Below are positions 51,803-60,485 of a DNA stretch of 64,000 nt, one piece after another (position 1 is the stretch's first letter; each line of letters starts with the position of its first letter). Location: sequence record PX880103.1. One strand, given 5' to 3'. Below the pieces are notes generated by a model. That model worked only from the letters and a program-made list of their open reading frames with translations. It had not been told where the DNA came from and did not search any database. The stretch comes from a phage. The position numbers were made by a program, and so were the translations under genes.

Positions 51803-52549
51803 TTATCCTCGGATAAGTTTAAAAATTGAACAATTTAGCGGGTATCCTCTTTTCAGTTTAAGTTTATCAATAAAAGACAAATTTTGATACCGCTCTACAC
51901 CTTGAATAATTTTATCACACATATCATATTGCATTTCTGCTTCTGACAACTTTTTCACAATTTTCCAATCCGAGCCTTTAAGAAGAACGTTCAATTTAAC
52001 AACTTCAGCACCTTCAGCTATGCGAGAACCATCAATACGTGCTTTAAGTGCTATAATTCTTAGCTTAATGTCAGAGGTCTGTTTTGATTTAGAAAGCTGA
52101 GAAATGTGCTCAATTCGGTTTTCACGTTTTTTCTGTATAGCTTTAATTTGATTATAAGTCTTTTTGATTTTAGCCCATTTCTTTTCATCTAAATTTAGTT
52201 TATGAACTTTTTTCGCAGATGAACGACCAATTCGCAAAGCAAACAAATCACGCTTTTCGATCAACTCTTCTAAAGTATAATCAGAACGAAATGTATTATA
52301 CTTTTTCTTTACTGCAATAACATTCCCTTTAATGTATCCAACGTTATTATCAAAACGTTCTAATGATAATTTCTCTCCTTCAATACGATTATCAAAAGGT
52401 TCTCCTGAATAGGCACAAACTTTTTGATCTAAAATGTTCTTAATGTAATTGAAGTCTAAGTTAAAATCTTTAGAACGTCTTTTTGCAGATGCCTGAGTAT
52501 GCTCTAAACGACGTTTAATTTTACGAATTTGATTATTAGACAGCTTCAT
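51803..52549 (-). CDS. srd: Srd-like protein (similarity-to-rpoD family), tentative
   Basis: 248-aa basic ORF in the dda-modA interval where T4 srd lies; assignment by position and size only. Confidence 0.45.
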   Translation of the reverse strand: MKLSNNQIRKIKRRLEHTQASAKRRSKDFNLDFNYIKNILDQKVCAYSGEPFDNRIEGEKLSLERFDNNVGYIKGNVIAVKKKYNTFRSDYTLEELIEKRDLFALRIGRSSAKKVHKLNLDEKKWAKIKKTYNQIKAIQKKRENRIEHISQLSKSKQTSDIKLRIIALKARIDGSRIAEGAEVVKLNVLLKGSDWKIVKKLSEAEMQYDMCDKIIQGVERYQNLSFIDKLKLKRGYPLNCSIFKLIRG

Positions 52550-52579
52550 ATTTTTCTCACATCTTACGGACGGTTAACT

Positions 52580-52616
52580 ACTTATACTATAACATTTTTA
52601 CTTTAACTTGTAAACA
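52580..52616 (-). promoter_or_regulatory. sigma70-type early promoter
   Basis: Minus-strand GTTTAC (plus 52610-52615) and TATAGTAT -10. Confidence 0.5.
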
Positions 52617-52671
52617 ACTTTATGAAAAATGCTTTAAAACTTTCATGGTATAATGAATCTAAGTCCTTCCA

Positions 52672-53274
52672 TTATAGATTAAATCCTTCAAAATCAAGAG
52701 TATAGATAGTGTATGTTGAATACTTTTTGTACTCATATCTGTCTGCAATTCTAAATACACTTCCAGCTGGTATCATTACTTCTTGTTCATCTGAAACTAA
52801 TTCCATATTACGATAACGATGGCTATCCGGAAACTTAAAGTTTGGATTGTATTCTTTACAGCGTAGAGCTTTTATAGCATACTCCTGGAAATTGAATACC
52901 ATAGGAGCTTTGAATTCAAAAATAACTTGTGTGTTATACTCTAAACCGGAAGCAAAATGTAGAGCTATATTTTTATCATATGAAGCTGATACTACTTTAT
53001 CAAATGTAATAATATCAATTCCTTGATTTAATACTTGTTTAGTCTCAGCTGGAACACCTCTCCAAAGAGGTTTATCGTTTGGAACCAAACGAGATTTGAT
53101 TATTTCATTTAACCAAGAATGATCGTCTGGTTTATTAGTAATACAATGAATTAAAAGTTCAATTTCAGATAAATTAAACCCTTCAGAAAGTAATTCTTCA
53201 CGAATAGAAGCACGCACCGATGCATCCATTGATTTTATTTTAAAATCTTTTAGTTGCATTACTGAGTATTTCAT
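52672..53274 (-). CDS. modA: ModA ADP-ribosyltransferase
   Basis: 200 aa = T4 ModA length; R-S-E ART motifs (LWRG, SAS, EQEVMIP). Confidence 0.85.
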   Translation of the reverse strand: MKYSVMQLKDFKIKSMDASVRASIREELLSEGFNLSEIELLIHCITNKPDDHSWLNEIIKSRLVPNDKPLWRGVPAETKQVLNQGIDIITFDKVVSASYDKNIALHFASGLEYNTQVIFEFKAPMVFNFQEYAIKALRCKEYNPNFKFPDSHRYRNMELVSDEQEVMIPAGSVFRIADRYEYKKYSTYTIYTLDFEGFNL

Positions 53275-53894
53275 TCAACTACCTCAATATCATAAACTTT
53301 AAATGTTCCAAATGAATCGTGTAATTTTTCTTTTGAAATAGAAGTTATTCTATACTTTCCAATTGGAATCATCCATTCTTGTTCACGCACAATCATCATT
53401 AAGTTATCAGTACGCTCTGAATCTAGCCCATCAGTATCTTCATATGTGTACTTAAACTCAGTATTAGGAGAAGAAAGTATAATATCGCTGATATGGTCAG
53501 AATAATTAAAAGCTTTATTAGTTTTTAAGCGAAGTATTATTTTAGTAAAATATTCAGCATAAGAAAAAGAACATGCTGTGAGCAAACTAGTAGTAAATGA
53601 ATCTACTCTATTCGTTGAAAACACTTCTCCAACTTGTAAATCTTTAATAAGTTCTTCTGTTGATTTTGATATACCACGATATAACTGATAAGGCGATTTA
53701 GTTAAATGCTTTTTAATGATTTTATTCAACTGCCTATGAAGAGCTTCATTCTTTTTGGCTTCCATACATTGCCAAAGAATGGATTGTTCAAAGTCGGTAA
53801 ATTTTTCACAGACCTTTTTATACATATCATATTGAAAATCGACGCTTTCAGCTTTTATAGATAACTGTTCAACATCTGTAAGATTAATAATCAT
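53271..53894 (-). CDS. modB: ModB ADP-ribosyltransferase
   Basis: 207 aa = T4 ModB length; R-S-E motifs (LYRG, STN, EQEWMIP); ATGA-coupled to modA. Confidence 0.85.
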   Translation of the reverse strand: MIINLTDVEQLSIKAESVDFQYDMYKKVCEKFTDFEQSILWQCMEAKKNEALHRQLNKIIKKHLTKSPYQLYRGISKSTEELIKDLQVGEVFSTNRVDSFTTSLLTACSFSYAEYFTKIILRLKTNKAFNYSDHISDIILSSPNTEFKYTYEDTDGLDSERTDNLMMIVREQEWMIPIGKYRITSISKEKLHDSFGTFKVYDIEVVE

Positions 53895-53961
53895 GATAGC
53901 CTCCGTATACTTCAGAAGCTATCATATCATCGTTAGAAAGGAAAGTAAACAACTTTTTGAA

Positions 53962-54144
53962 TTATTTTGCCCAGGGAGCCCAGGGCGGAGGGTCAAGATG
54001 GTATGAAGCTAGTTCTTCTAGAAGAGCATCTGGGGCTTCAATTCCATAATTCTGTAATACTATACGGTACTCTTTCTTATAATCACTAGAATCATTCTGG
54101 ATATTCGTAGTATGATTATCTTCTAACATCTCAAATAAATCCAT
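53962..54144 (-). CDS. hypothetical protein
   Basis: 60-aa ORF. Confidence 0.4.
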   Translation of the reverse strand: MDLFEMLEDNHTTNIQNDSSDYKKEYRIVLQNYGIEAPDALLEELASYHLDPPPWAPWAK

Positions 54145-54152
54145 ATTAATTC

Positions 54153-54623
54153 CTAGCGATAAAAACCAAAATGACGATTAGCTTCAATAATCTTTCTTTC
54201 TTCTTCGGACATTCTCCAGCGTAGTCCAACATCAAAATGAGCCCAGACCATCTTAACAAATGCGTGTATGTCTTTAATATCTTCAATAATGAATGTTTTA
54301 CTTTTCGAAGGTTGACTCGCTAATTTAACTTTATCATCTTCAAACAGGTCAAAAAGACCATATTCATGAGCTCTTTTATAGCCTTTAATAATTAAAGCTT
54401 CAGAAGAAGAAAACGGTGAATCAGTATTCTGCAAAATATCTTCAGTATGCTTTATAATTAGAATAACATTTTCTGGATATTTTCTTTCTTTTATATCTTT
54501 AATTAAAATATCCGGATTTTCTGCTAAAGGAATAATTAATGAACAATTTTTATCAAGCGTATTTACTGATTTACCTTCTTTAGACATAAATTCTATTGAA
54601 TAATGTTTTGCTACTTCAATCAT
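54153..54623 (-). CDS. hypothetical protein
   Basis: 156-aa ORF. Confidence 0.55.
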   Translation of the reverse strand: MIEVAKHYSIEFMSKEGKSVNTLDKNCSLIIPLAENPDILIKDIKERKYPENVILIIKHTEDILQNTDSPFSSSEALIIKGYKRAHEYGLFDLFEDDKVKLASQPSKSKTFIIEDIKDIHAFVKMVWAHFDVGLRWRMSEEERKIIEANRHFGFYR

Positions 54624-54776
54624 GTGATTTCCTTTTGCCTACTAATGGACCGTCAGGAATTTTGTTTTCCTGGATATATTTCTCATTTTCTTCCATCATT
54701 TTACTGCCAATTTTAAGAAGCAAATCCATTGCTTCATTTGCTTTAGCTTTAGCCTCTTCTAACGTCATATCTCTGT

Positions 54777-54980
54777 TCACGATTTATCCCCATAGATGTC
54801 TCTCATTAATTTAAGCGCTGAGCGTTCTAATTTCTTTTCTTTCTCAGCACTAATCATTGATTTCATCCATTCTTCTGATTCGTTCTGCATTTCTTTATTT
54901 GCTTGTTCAATCCAACCATCATCAATATACATTGAGTTTGGTCTATTGAACCATTCAAGAATCTTCTTGAGAGCTTTCAT
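54777..54980 (-). CDS. hypothetical protein
   Basis: 67-aa ORF. Confidence 0.45.
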   Translation of the reverse strand: MKALKKILEWFNRPNSMYIDDGWIEQANKEMQNESEEWMKSMISAEKEKKLERSALKLMRDIYGDKS

Positions 54981-55473
54981 TTGTTTTACCTAAAACGATA
55001 GTATGGACACCGTCAAATTCATGAATTTTTAGCAAATTTGGATTTAAATTATTCCATAAAGAGGTAATAAAATATGATAGCGCACTTTCGTCCGTAATTA
55101 TAAATTTATTTCCTTTATCTATTTTCCAATCATATATTGAATCGTATGAATAGAAGGATAACGGTTTATTATTATAGTATGCTTCAGCAACATCAATATA
55201 GTTAGATTTAGTAAATGCTTGAATTGCCATAAATGGAGAATTTTGTACAGTTTCAATAATTCCGATCTTTTTAAGTTTTATTTCAACATCTTCTGGAACT
55301 GGCATTGAAATAAAATCTTCTACTAGATACATGTCATTGTCATATCTTTTATCAATCATTACTGCTACTGTAATTGGAACATCCTTGACAAACGCCATAC
55401 TAATACTATTGATAGACATTTCAAACAAAATCGCTTCCATAATTTTCCTCAATCGCAAGATGTAGATGAACAA
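54955..55473 (-). CDS. hypothetical protein
   Basis: 172-aa ORF. Confidence 0.55.
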   Translation of the reverse strand: MFIYILRLRKIMEAILFEMSINSISMAFVKDVPITVAVMIDKRYDNDMYLVEDFISMPVPEDVEIKLKKIGIIETVQNSPFMAIQAFTKSNYIDVAEAYYNNKPLSFYSYDSIYDWKIDKGNKFIITDESALSYFITSLWNNLNPNLLKIHEFDGVHTIVLGKTNESSQEDS

Positions 55474-55787
55474 CTAGAATCACAAGAACTTCCACATGAA
55501 TCGCCCGTCCATACATGAACAGGAACATTAGTATCATATGAATCAGAACTAGACTGTGTATTCTGCGTATTAGATGATGTAGGTGTTGACCAGCGCCAAG
55601 GATTTTTATAATATTCTTGGGCTTCTTCATAAGTCATAGTAACTGCTTCTACTGTTCCATCTCCCATATAAACATATTCAACTACAGTTAAAGGAAGATA
55701 GTCATTTGAAATAGGAACTACACCTTCCCCAGGAGTCGTAGAGAAAAAATCCGTAAAGAAACTTTTAAACCAATTAAAGATAAACAT
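55449..55787 (-). CDS. hypothetical protein with Ser/Cys-rich C-terminal tail
   Basis: 112 aa; C-terminus [19 protein letters not shown]. Confidence 0.5.
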   Translation of the reverse strand: MFIFNWFKSFFTDFFSTTPGEGVVPISNDYLPLTVVEYVYMGDGTVEAVTMTYEEAQEYYKNPWRWSTPTSSNTQNTQSSSDSYDTNVPVHVWTGDSCGSSCDSSCSSTSCD

Positions 55788-55993
55788 TACAAAAAGCCTC
55801 TTTTGAATTCGACTTGCTTCTCACCATAATCATACCGAATCTCTGCATTAAACTCAACAGAACCATCTGCGTACATCATAAATGAATGCACGACAACTTC
55901 TGTAGACCATGGTTGCAATTCATATTTCTTCATTACATGCCGTGAAATGATAATATCTAAATCTTCATTTGGTTTAATCCAACGATTTAACAT
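55787..55993 (-). CDS. hypothetical protein
   Basis: 68-aa ORF. Confidence 0.5.
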   Translation of the reverse strand: MLNRWIKPNEDLDIIISRHVMKKYELQPWSTEVVVHSFMMYADGSVEFNAEIRYDYGEKQVEFKRGFL

Positions 55994-56054
55994 AGTGCTC
56001 TCCTCTATAAGATAATTCTATTATACCATACTCATTTTGGAAAGTAAACCAGTA

Positions 56055-56084
56055 AAATGAAAAAAGGACTCCCGAAGGAGTCCT
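56055..56084 (-). terminator. rho-independent terminator downstream of soc (same hairpin as at 3798-3817)
   Basis: ggactccttcgggagtcc + TTTTTTCATTTT on the minus strand. Confidence 0.55.
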
Positions 56085-56091
56085 TAAATTA

Positions 56092-56328
56092 TTAACCACC
56101 TATTTCTGTAGGGGTAAACATTGCAGCATTCTTAGTTTTCCAATCAGCTGCATCAGAAACTACGGTAGAATATGCTGCCTTTTCAGAAGGAAAGATCTGA
56201 TAATGAGAATCTGCGATACGATGCTCGTTAGAATAAATTTCAAACGGAACAGAAACTTCCATACCTTTAACTTCTTTGCCTTCACCTGCTGGATGAGTAA
56301 AGGTCTTGATGTTAACGAAACCACCCAT
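56092..56328 (-). CDS. soc: Soc small outer capsid protein
   Basis: 78 aa; GFVNIKTF...HYQIFPSEKAAYSTV resembles T4 Soc as recalled; late promoter upstream. Confidence 0.8.
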   Translation of the reverse strand: MGGFVNIKTFTHPAGEGKEVKGMEVSVPFEIYSNEHRIADSHYQIFPSEKAAYSTVVSDAADWKTKNAAMFTPTEIGG

Positions 56329-56361
56329 AATAAACTCCTTTATTGTTTAATTACAGGTGTA

Positions 56362-56369
56362 TTTATATC
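56362..56369 (-). promoter_or_regulatory. late promoter TATAAATA for soc
   Basis: Plus-strand tatttata = minus-strand TATAAATA ~35 nt upstream of the soc ATG. Confidence 0.5.
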
Positions 56370-56370
56370 A

Positions 56371-56889
56371 TCAATAACCTCGGTCTTGACGAGCGAAGTT
56401 TTCAGCATTTTTCAGATAATAAAGTTTAAAGATTTCTTCAGCCGTAAGACCGAGACCTTGGAACATGTTCAGAACGAAATGAAGAATATCAATCATTTCG
56501 AATTTAATTTCCAACTGGTCTTGTGGAGATAAGTCAGTAATCAGAGTTTCACGACGTTCACCGTGTTGCGACTTCCAAGGCTTCCATACAGCAGATGCAT
56601 CTTTTTCGCCATTGCTCATACCACCAAGAGAAGTCAGAAGTTCGCGGAATTCATCATCAATATAATCTTTCTGATTACGCAGCCAATCAACAACTTCACC
56701 TGCAGTAGCCAAATCATCAGGATGACGGTTATATTCAGGTTTATCTTTAGCTAAACGAACCTGCAGAGATTTCTGCATATCAAGCATAACTTGCAACGGA
56801 TCTTTTTCATCACCGAGAATATCCCAGTATTCATTTTGAGCTTTATCAGCGCCTTCGATCAGTTGACTACATTCGTTGAAATGTGGCAT
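56371..56889 (-). CDS. 56: gp56 dCTPase/dUTPase (MazG-like)
   Basis: 172 aa ~ T4 gp56; MazG-like EMIDILHFVLNMF helix; adjacent to soc. Confidence 0.85.
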   Translation of the reverse strand: MPHFNECSQLIEGADKAQNEYWDILGDEKDPLQVMLDMQKSLQVRLAKDKPEYNRHPDDLATAGEVVDWLRNQKDYIDDEFRELLTSLGGMSNGEKDASAVWKPWKSQHGERRETLITDLSPQDQLEIKFEMIDILHFVLNMFQGLGLTAEEIFKLYYLKNAENFARQDRGY

Positions 56890-56890
56890 G

Positions 56891-57541
56891 TTATTTTTCC
56901 TTTCTTATGAAGTTTTCTATCATATGTCTATAGCAGATATTAGGATAACCTGCCTTGACAGCTATTTTATTAAATTTTGTGCGCTTAGGTCTATTATTAT
57001 AAACCCATAATTCATAAAGCGCATCATAACTATTCCATATTTCTCCTCGCCTAGGATTTGGTAAACCATATCGAGGTGAATTTTTACCGCTAAATCTTCC
57101 TTTTCGGGCTTTACTCATATTAGCCTTGGCTTCATCGGATATAATTTTACCTTTATGAGCTAGACGCATTTTGGCTTTAGTTTCTTCTGGGGTCTTTTTG
57201 CCTTTAATCCATGACGGCTTGCCATATCTAGGATTATTTTCACCCGAGAAAAGAACAGAGTTTTGGATTTTAAGGGTTTCTATTAATCTACTTGTTAATT
57301 TAACACCTTTATTATATCGCATTAAATTTACAGCATAATGCAATCCTCTCACATCTGGATATATTTTAGTTAATAATCTATGAGCTATAAAATGCTCACG
57401 CGCAGTTAACTCAACAAGATTGTTTTTGTCATCTGCTCCTCCTATACATCTAGGAATTATATGATGGCGTTCTTTATATCCGCCAAGATGCCGGCATTTA
57501 GCTTTTGTAATTAAAGCCGAGTAAATTTTTTGGTAATTCAC
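56891..57541 (-). CDS. HNH homing endonuclease with NUMOD3-like DNA-binding repeats
   Basis: 216 aa; HNH core ERHHIIPRCIGGADDKNNLVELTAREHFIAH; repeats TPEETKAKMRLAHKGK and SDEAKANMSKARKGR; starts with GTG. Confidence 0.75.
   Translation of the reverse strand: MNYQKIYSALITKAKCRHLGGYKERHHIIPRCIGGADDKNNLVELTAREHFIAHRLLTKIYPDVRGLHYAVNLMRYNKGVKLTSRLIETLKIQNSVLFSGENNPRYGKPSWIKGKKTPEETKAKMRLAHKGKIISDEAKANMSKARKGRFSGKNSPRYGLPNPRRGEIWNSYDALYELWVYNNRPKRTKFNKIAVKAGYPNICYRHMIENFIRKEK
56891..57541 (-). mobile_element. freestanding homing-endonuclease gene inserted between genes 56 and 61
   Basis: HNH/NUMOD3 architecture typical of T-even mob/seg elements; intergenic position between conserved core genes. 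Confidence 0.5.
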
Positions 57542-57611
57542 ATATATCCTTTCAATTCATGGGTTAGTAGATTAATTATACAATAAATATATAAAGCAAT
57601 AAGGAGGACAT

Positions 57612-57812
57612 ATGGTACAAAAATTAATGGCACTTGTTAATGCCATCAAAGGTAATAAGAAACGTATAGCTTTTACTATTTCTGCTATGGTAGGAATTTT
57701 ACTCTGGAATTTTGTTTTATCGCCAATTGCTATTGCTCATGGCGTTAATATTCCAGTAATTACTCTTGATACATTCGTAGATTTAGCATTTGCTTTAGTT
57801 GGGTTAATTTAA
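57612..57812 (+). CDS. small membrane protein, opposite strand to all neighbours
   Basis: 66 aa with two hydrophobic segments; strong AAGGAGG RBS 4 nt before the ATG; 3' end overlaps the gene 61 stop. Confidence 0.5.
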   Translation: MVQKLMALVNAIKGNKKRIAFTISAMVGILLWNFVLSPIAIAHGVNIPVITLDTFVDLAFALVGLI

Positions 57813-58837
57813 ATCTTAGCATATTTAGATAGCCGCATTTTAGCCATCAACCCTTGAGCAATATTATTTTTCATATATTCCATAATTTGTTCAGGGGTTG
57901 CACCTTCCTTTCTAATCATATCATTAACATCTTTTGATTTCCAGGGAGATTTGTCCCAAAACATAACCCTTTCTCCTGCATCAACTAATTTAGTCATTCG
58001 TTTAATAGTGTCAGGGTGACGAGGTTCATTATCTAAAACCCATACACGTCTATCTTTAAATGGAACAATTTCTAGGTCTAATTGACCACCCGTAATAGCT
58101 ATACCATTTTCAATAAAAAGTGAATCTATAGGTCCTTCTAGAACATATACATCACCATCTTTAACTCGTTCGACTCCATATATTTTTGTTGCCTCAGGAT
58201 AAGCTTTAATGGTGATATATTTTTGGGGAGCATCTTTCTTTAATGCACGTCCTTGAAAAGACTCAGCTTTTCCATTAGCATTATAAATTGGAATAACAAG
58301 ACGAGGCTCAGAAATTTCCTTTTTATATGTTCCCGGTGCTATGCTATTAACCAATTTAGGCCATTCGGTTGTAAACCAAAGATATTTCCATTTATCCTTT
58401 GGAATACAACGAGCTTTTACATATTTTATAATTGGATGGTCTTCCGTCAGTTTATCTAATCTAACACATGACGGAAGAGATTTAATTATTTTCTTCTCAG
58501 GTTGTTTAGGAAGTTCTTTAGGTTTTTCTACTGGACGACTTTTACCTTTTTCTTTTCTTATTTCAAAGATATACTCACGATATAAATCAGGTTCAAACTC
58601 CTTTAAATATATTCCGATTGGTGCATGATAGTTGCAGTTATAACAATGAATATTTCCTTCATTATTATCACCATAATACCATCCACGAGCTTTATTCTGG
58701 TCGGTTTTTGAATCTCCACAAACAGGGCATCTAAACCGTAATTTAAAAGTTGAACTATTATTTACTTGTGTGAATTTAGGTAAATGAGCTAATGCACGAT
58801 ACGCAAACTCATTATCAATCCAAGGTATTGATGACAT
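57809..58837 (-). CDS. 61: gp61 DNA primase
   Basis: 342 aa = T4 gp61 length; zinc ribbon CPVCGD...CYNC and TOPRIM domain. Confidence 0.93.
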   Translation of the reverse strand: MSSIPWIDNEFAYRALAHLPKFTQVNNSSTFKLRFRCPVCGDSKTDQNKARGWYYGDNNEGNIHCYNCNYHAPIGIYLKEFEPDLYREYIFEIRKEKGKSRPVEKPKELPKQPEKKIIKSLPSCVRLDKLTEDHPIIKYVKARCIPKDKWKYLWFTTEWPKLVNSIAPGTYKKEISEPRLVIPIYNANGKAESFQGRALKKDAPQKYITIKAYPEATKIYGVERVKDGDVYVLEGPIDSLFIENGIAITGGQLDLEIVPFKDRRVWVLDNEPRHPDTIKRMTKLVDAGERVMFWDKSPWKSKDVNDMIRKEGATPEQIMEYMKNNIAQGLMAKMRLSKYAKI

Positions 58838-58839
58838 TT

Positions 58840-59004
58840 TTACTCTTCTTTTTCTTTAGATTCCTCTTTTTTCTTTTTAGGAATCTGTTCAGGACCTTTA
58901 TTTACTACAGCGCCTGATGTTGTTCCAGTAGAGATATTTTCAGGATTACCACCTGAATCTCCAGCGACCATATCTTCTTTGATAAATTCTTTATATGTTT
59001 TCAT
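58840..59004 (-). CDS. small lysine-rich ORF (61.1 position)
   Basis: Hand-translated 54 aa MKTYKEFIKEDMVAGDSGG...; below track cut-off. Confidence 0.35.
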   Translation of the reverse strand: MKTYKEFIKEDMVAGDSGGNPENISTGTTSGAVVNKGPEQIPKKKKEESKEKEE

Positions 59005-59005
59005 A

Positions 59006-59632
59006 TTAACCTCTATTCATAAAAGCATTAAAAATTTGGTCATCAATAGAAACATTTACTTTAGACTGTTTTTCTGATGGTAATTCATATCCACATATTA
59101 CAATTTTGTGATCAATATCAAAATACACAGAAGCAATATGATTAATGATGTTTTCAGTAAAGTCTAAATCAACATCAATATCTTTTTGACCACAGCCCAA
59201 AGGATAAATAATGCGAGTAATTCGATTATCTTTAACAAAGATTCCACCGACATACTCTGTGCTGCGTTTAAAGTCTACACGCCGACGAAATGAAAAATAT
59301 TCAGGCTCTTTATGAGCTCGGCTCATAGGGCACAACGAATAACTAGAATAAGAGATGTCAAATCCTACGCCTTCAATATGAACTAAATTGTCATGATTAA
59401 ACCAATTATAATCATATGCCAAGTCCATTAGATTGTCATATGTGAAAGGCACCGGATTAACATCATTGGTCACAAGCATATAATTAGCAACTGCTATAAT
59501 TTCATTATTTTTAACGAATACAAACCGTGATTGATGCGAATGACCTGGACCTGCGTTTTCACGATTAATGATATAACACTGGGCACCTTTATATTTGTAC
59601 GTGTCTTTACACTTGTGCATTTGATAAAGCAT
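59006..59632 (-). CDS. 61.2-position protein, possible AdfA (anti-DarT factor) homolog
   Basis: 208-aa ORF between 61.1 and sp; T4 gene 61.2 at this position is, as I recall, the locus where DarTG escape (adfA) maps. Confidence 0.5.
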   Translation of the reverse strand: MLYQMHKCKDTYKYKGAQCYIINRENAGPGHSHQSRFVFVKNNEIIAVANYMLVTNDVNPVPFTYDNLMDLAYDYNWFNHDNLVHIEGVGFDISYSSYSLCPMSRAHKEPEYFSFRRRVDFKRSTEYVGGIFVKDNRITRIIYPLGCGQKDIDVDLDFTENIINHIASVYFDIDHKIVICGYELPSEKQSKVNVSIDDQIFNAFMNRG

Positions 59633-59925
59633 TATTCACCTACCACTTCAGCGATGATATTTTTATTATTAAAGTTTTTATCGCAATACAGAACATAATT
59701 ATACTGCATTACACCACCAGACTTAAGCTGTTTTTGCACTTCAGCTTTCATTTCAGGACGATCGCGCTCAACGATATTCATAATATCTGCTTCAATTTGG
59801 GTTTCAACTTCAATCTGATCTGCAGACATAGACCATTCACACAAATCTTTATCATAACCTGCCATAGCAGGCTGAGCAGCACAAGAAGCTAAAGCAAAAA
59901 TTGTAGCAAAGATAAATTTTTTCAT
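59632..59925 (-). CDS. sp: Spackle (periplasmic inhibitor of gp5 lysozyme; superinfection exclusion)
   Basis: 97 aa with cleavable signal peptide MKKFIFATIFALASCAAQPAMA; T4 61.3 position and length. Confidence 0.6.
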   Translation of the reverse strand: MKKFIFATIFALASCAAQPAMAGYDKDLCEWSMSADQIEVETQIEADIMNIVERDRPEMKAEVQKQLKSGGVMQYNYVLYCDKNFNNKNIIAEVVGE

Positions 59926-59944
59926 GATAATCTCCTCAGTAGTT

Positions 59945-59985
59945 TATGTTTATATAGTATCTCAATTTCCAACAAAAGTAAACAG
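59945..59985 (-). promoter_or_regulatory. sigma70-type early promoter upstream of sp
   Basis: Minus-strand GTTTAC (plus: caaaagtaaacag) and TATAtAaaC-like -10. Confidence 0.4.
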
Positions 59986-60243
59986 TTATTTTAAAACTTC
60001 TGCGTAATCACATGTTACAAACTGTTTCTCTAGCTTGACGATTTTACGAAAGTATCTTTTGCATTGACGAATCTGTCGCTTCGTAGGGCGAACAGCAAAC
60101 TTAATAAATTCCACTCGACCAAATGGAGGACTTTCTTCTGCTGGAATATCTAGCACCAATTCCCACGTATCTGCAATAAGTGCTTTGAATTGCGTATTTT
60201 TCCTGACGTTATACGGAGTAGGTTTAAATAAAACAATATGCAT
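59986..60243 (-). CDS. basic protein at 61.4 position (possible ToxN-inhibitor TifA equivalent)
   Basis: 86 aa from internal ATG MHIVLFKPTPYNVRK; Lys/Arg-rich; adjacent to dmd. Confidence 0.45.
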   Translation of the reverse strand: MHIVLFKPTPYNVRKNTQFKALIADTWELVLDIPAEESPPFGRVEFIKFAVRPTKRQIRQCKRYFRKIVKLEKQFVTCDYAEVLK

Positions 60244-60244
60244 A

Positions 60245-60427
60245 TTATCCTCGGCAATCCACTTCACACACTTTCTTGTCATCAATGAAAGCTTTAACTA
60301 ATGCTTTATTAACTTCAGCATATTGAGTAGTAGCCCATTGAACGTCATCTTTCATCATTGTGGTTTCTTTAGTAAACATACTTTCATTCTTAAACCACCC
60401 CATAAAAACTACCTTTACCAATTCCAT
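60245..60427 (-). CDS. dmd: Dmd (antitoxin against host RnlA/LsoA)
   Basis: 60 aa MELVKVVFMGWFKNESMFTKETTMMKDDVQWATTQYAEVNKALVKAFIDDKKVCEVDCRG, matching T4 Dmd (61.5) as recalled. Confidence 0.88.
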   Translation of the reverse strand: MELVKVVFMGWFKNESMFTKETTMMKDDVQWATTQYAEVNKALVKAFIDDKKVCEVDCRG

Positions 60428-60485
60428 AACAATCTCCTCATTTAACCAACAAGACTACTATACCATAGTCTTGTCAGCTTGTAAA

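Noticed and set aside
51803-52549. HNH-like Cys/His/Asn pattern (CAYSGEPFD…ERFDNNVGYIKGNVIAV…N) suggesting a second homing endonuclease
   Set aside because: Position and size fit T4 srd better; the pattern lacks the His-Asn-His spacing seen in the clear HNH gene at 56891..57541
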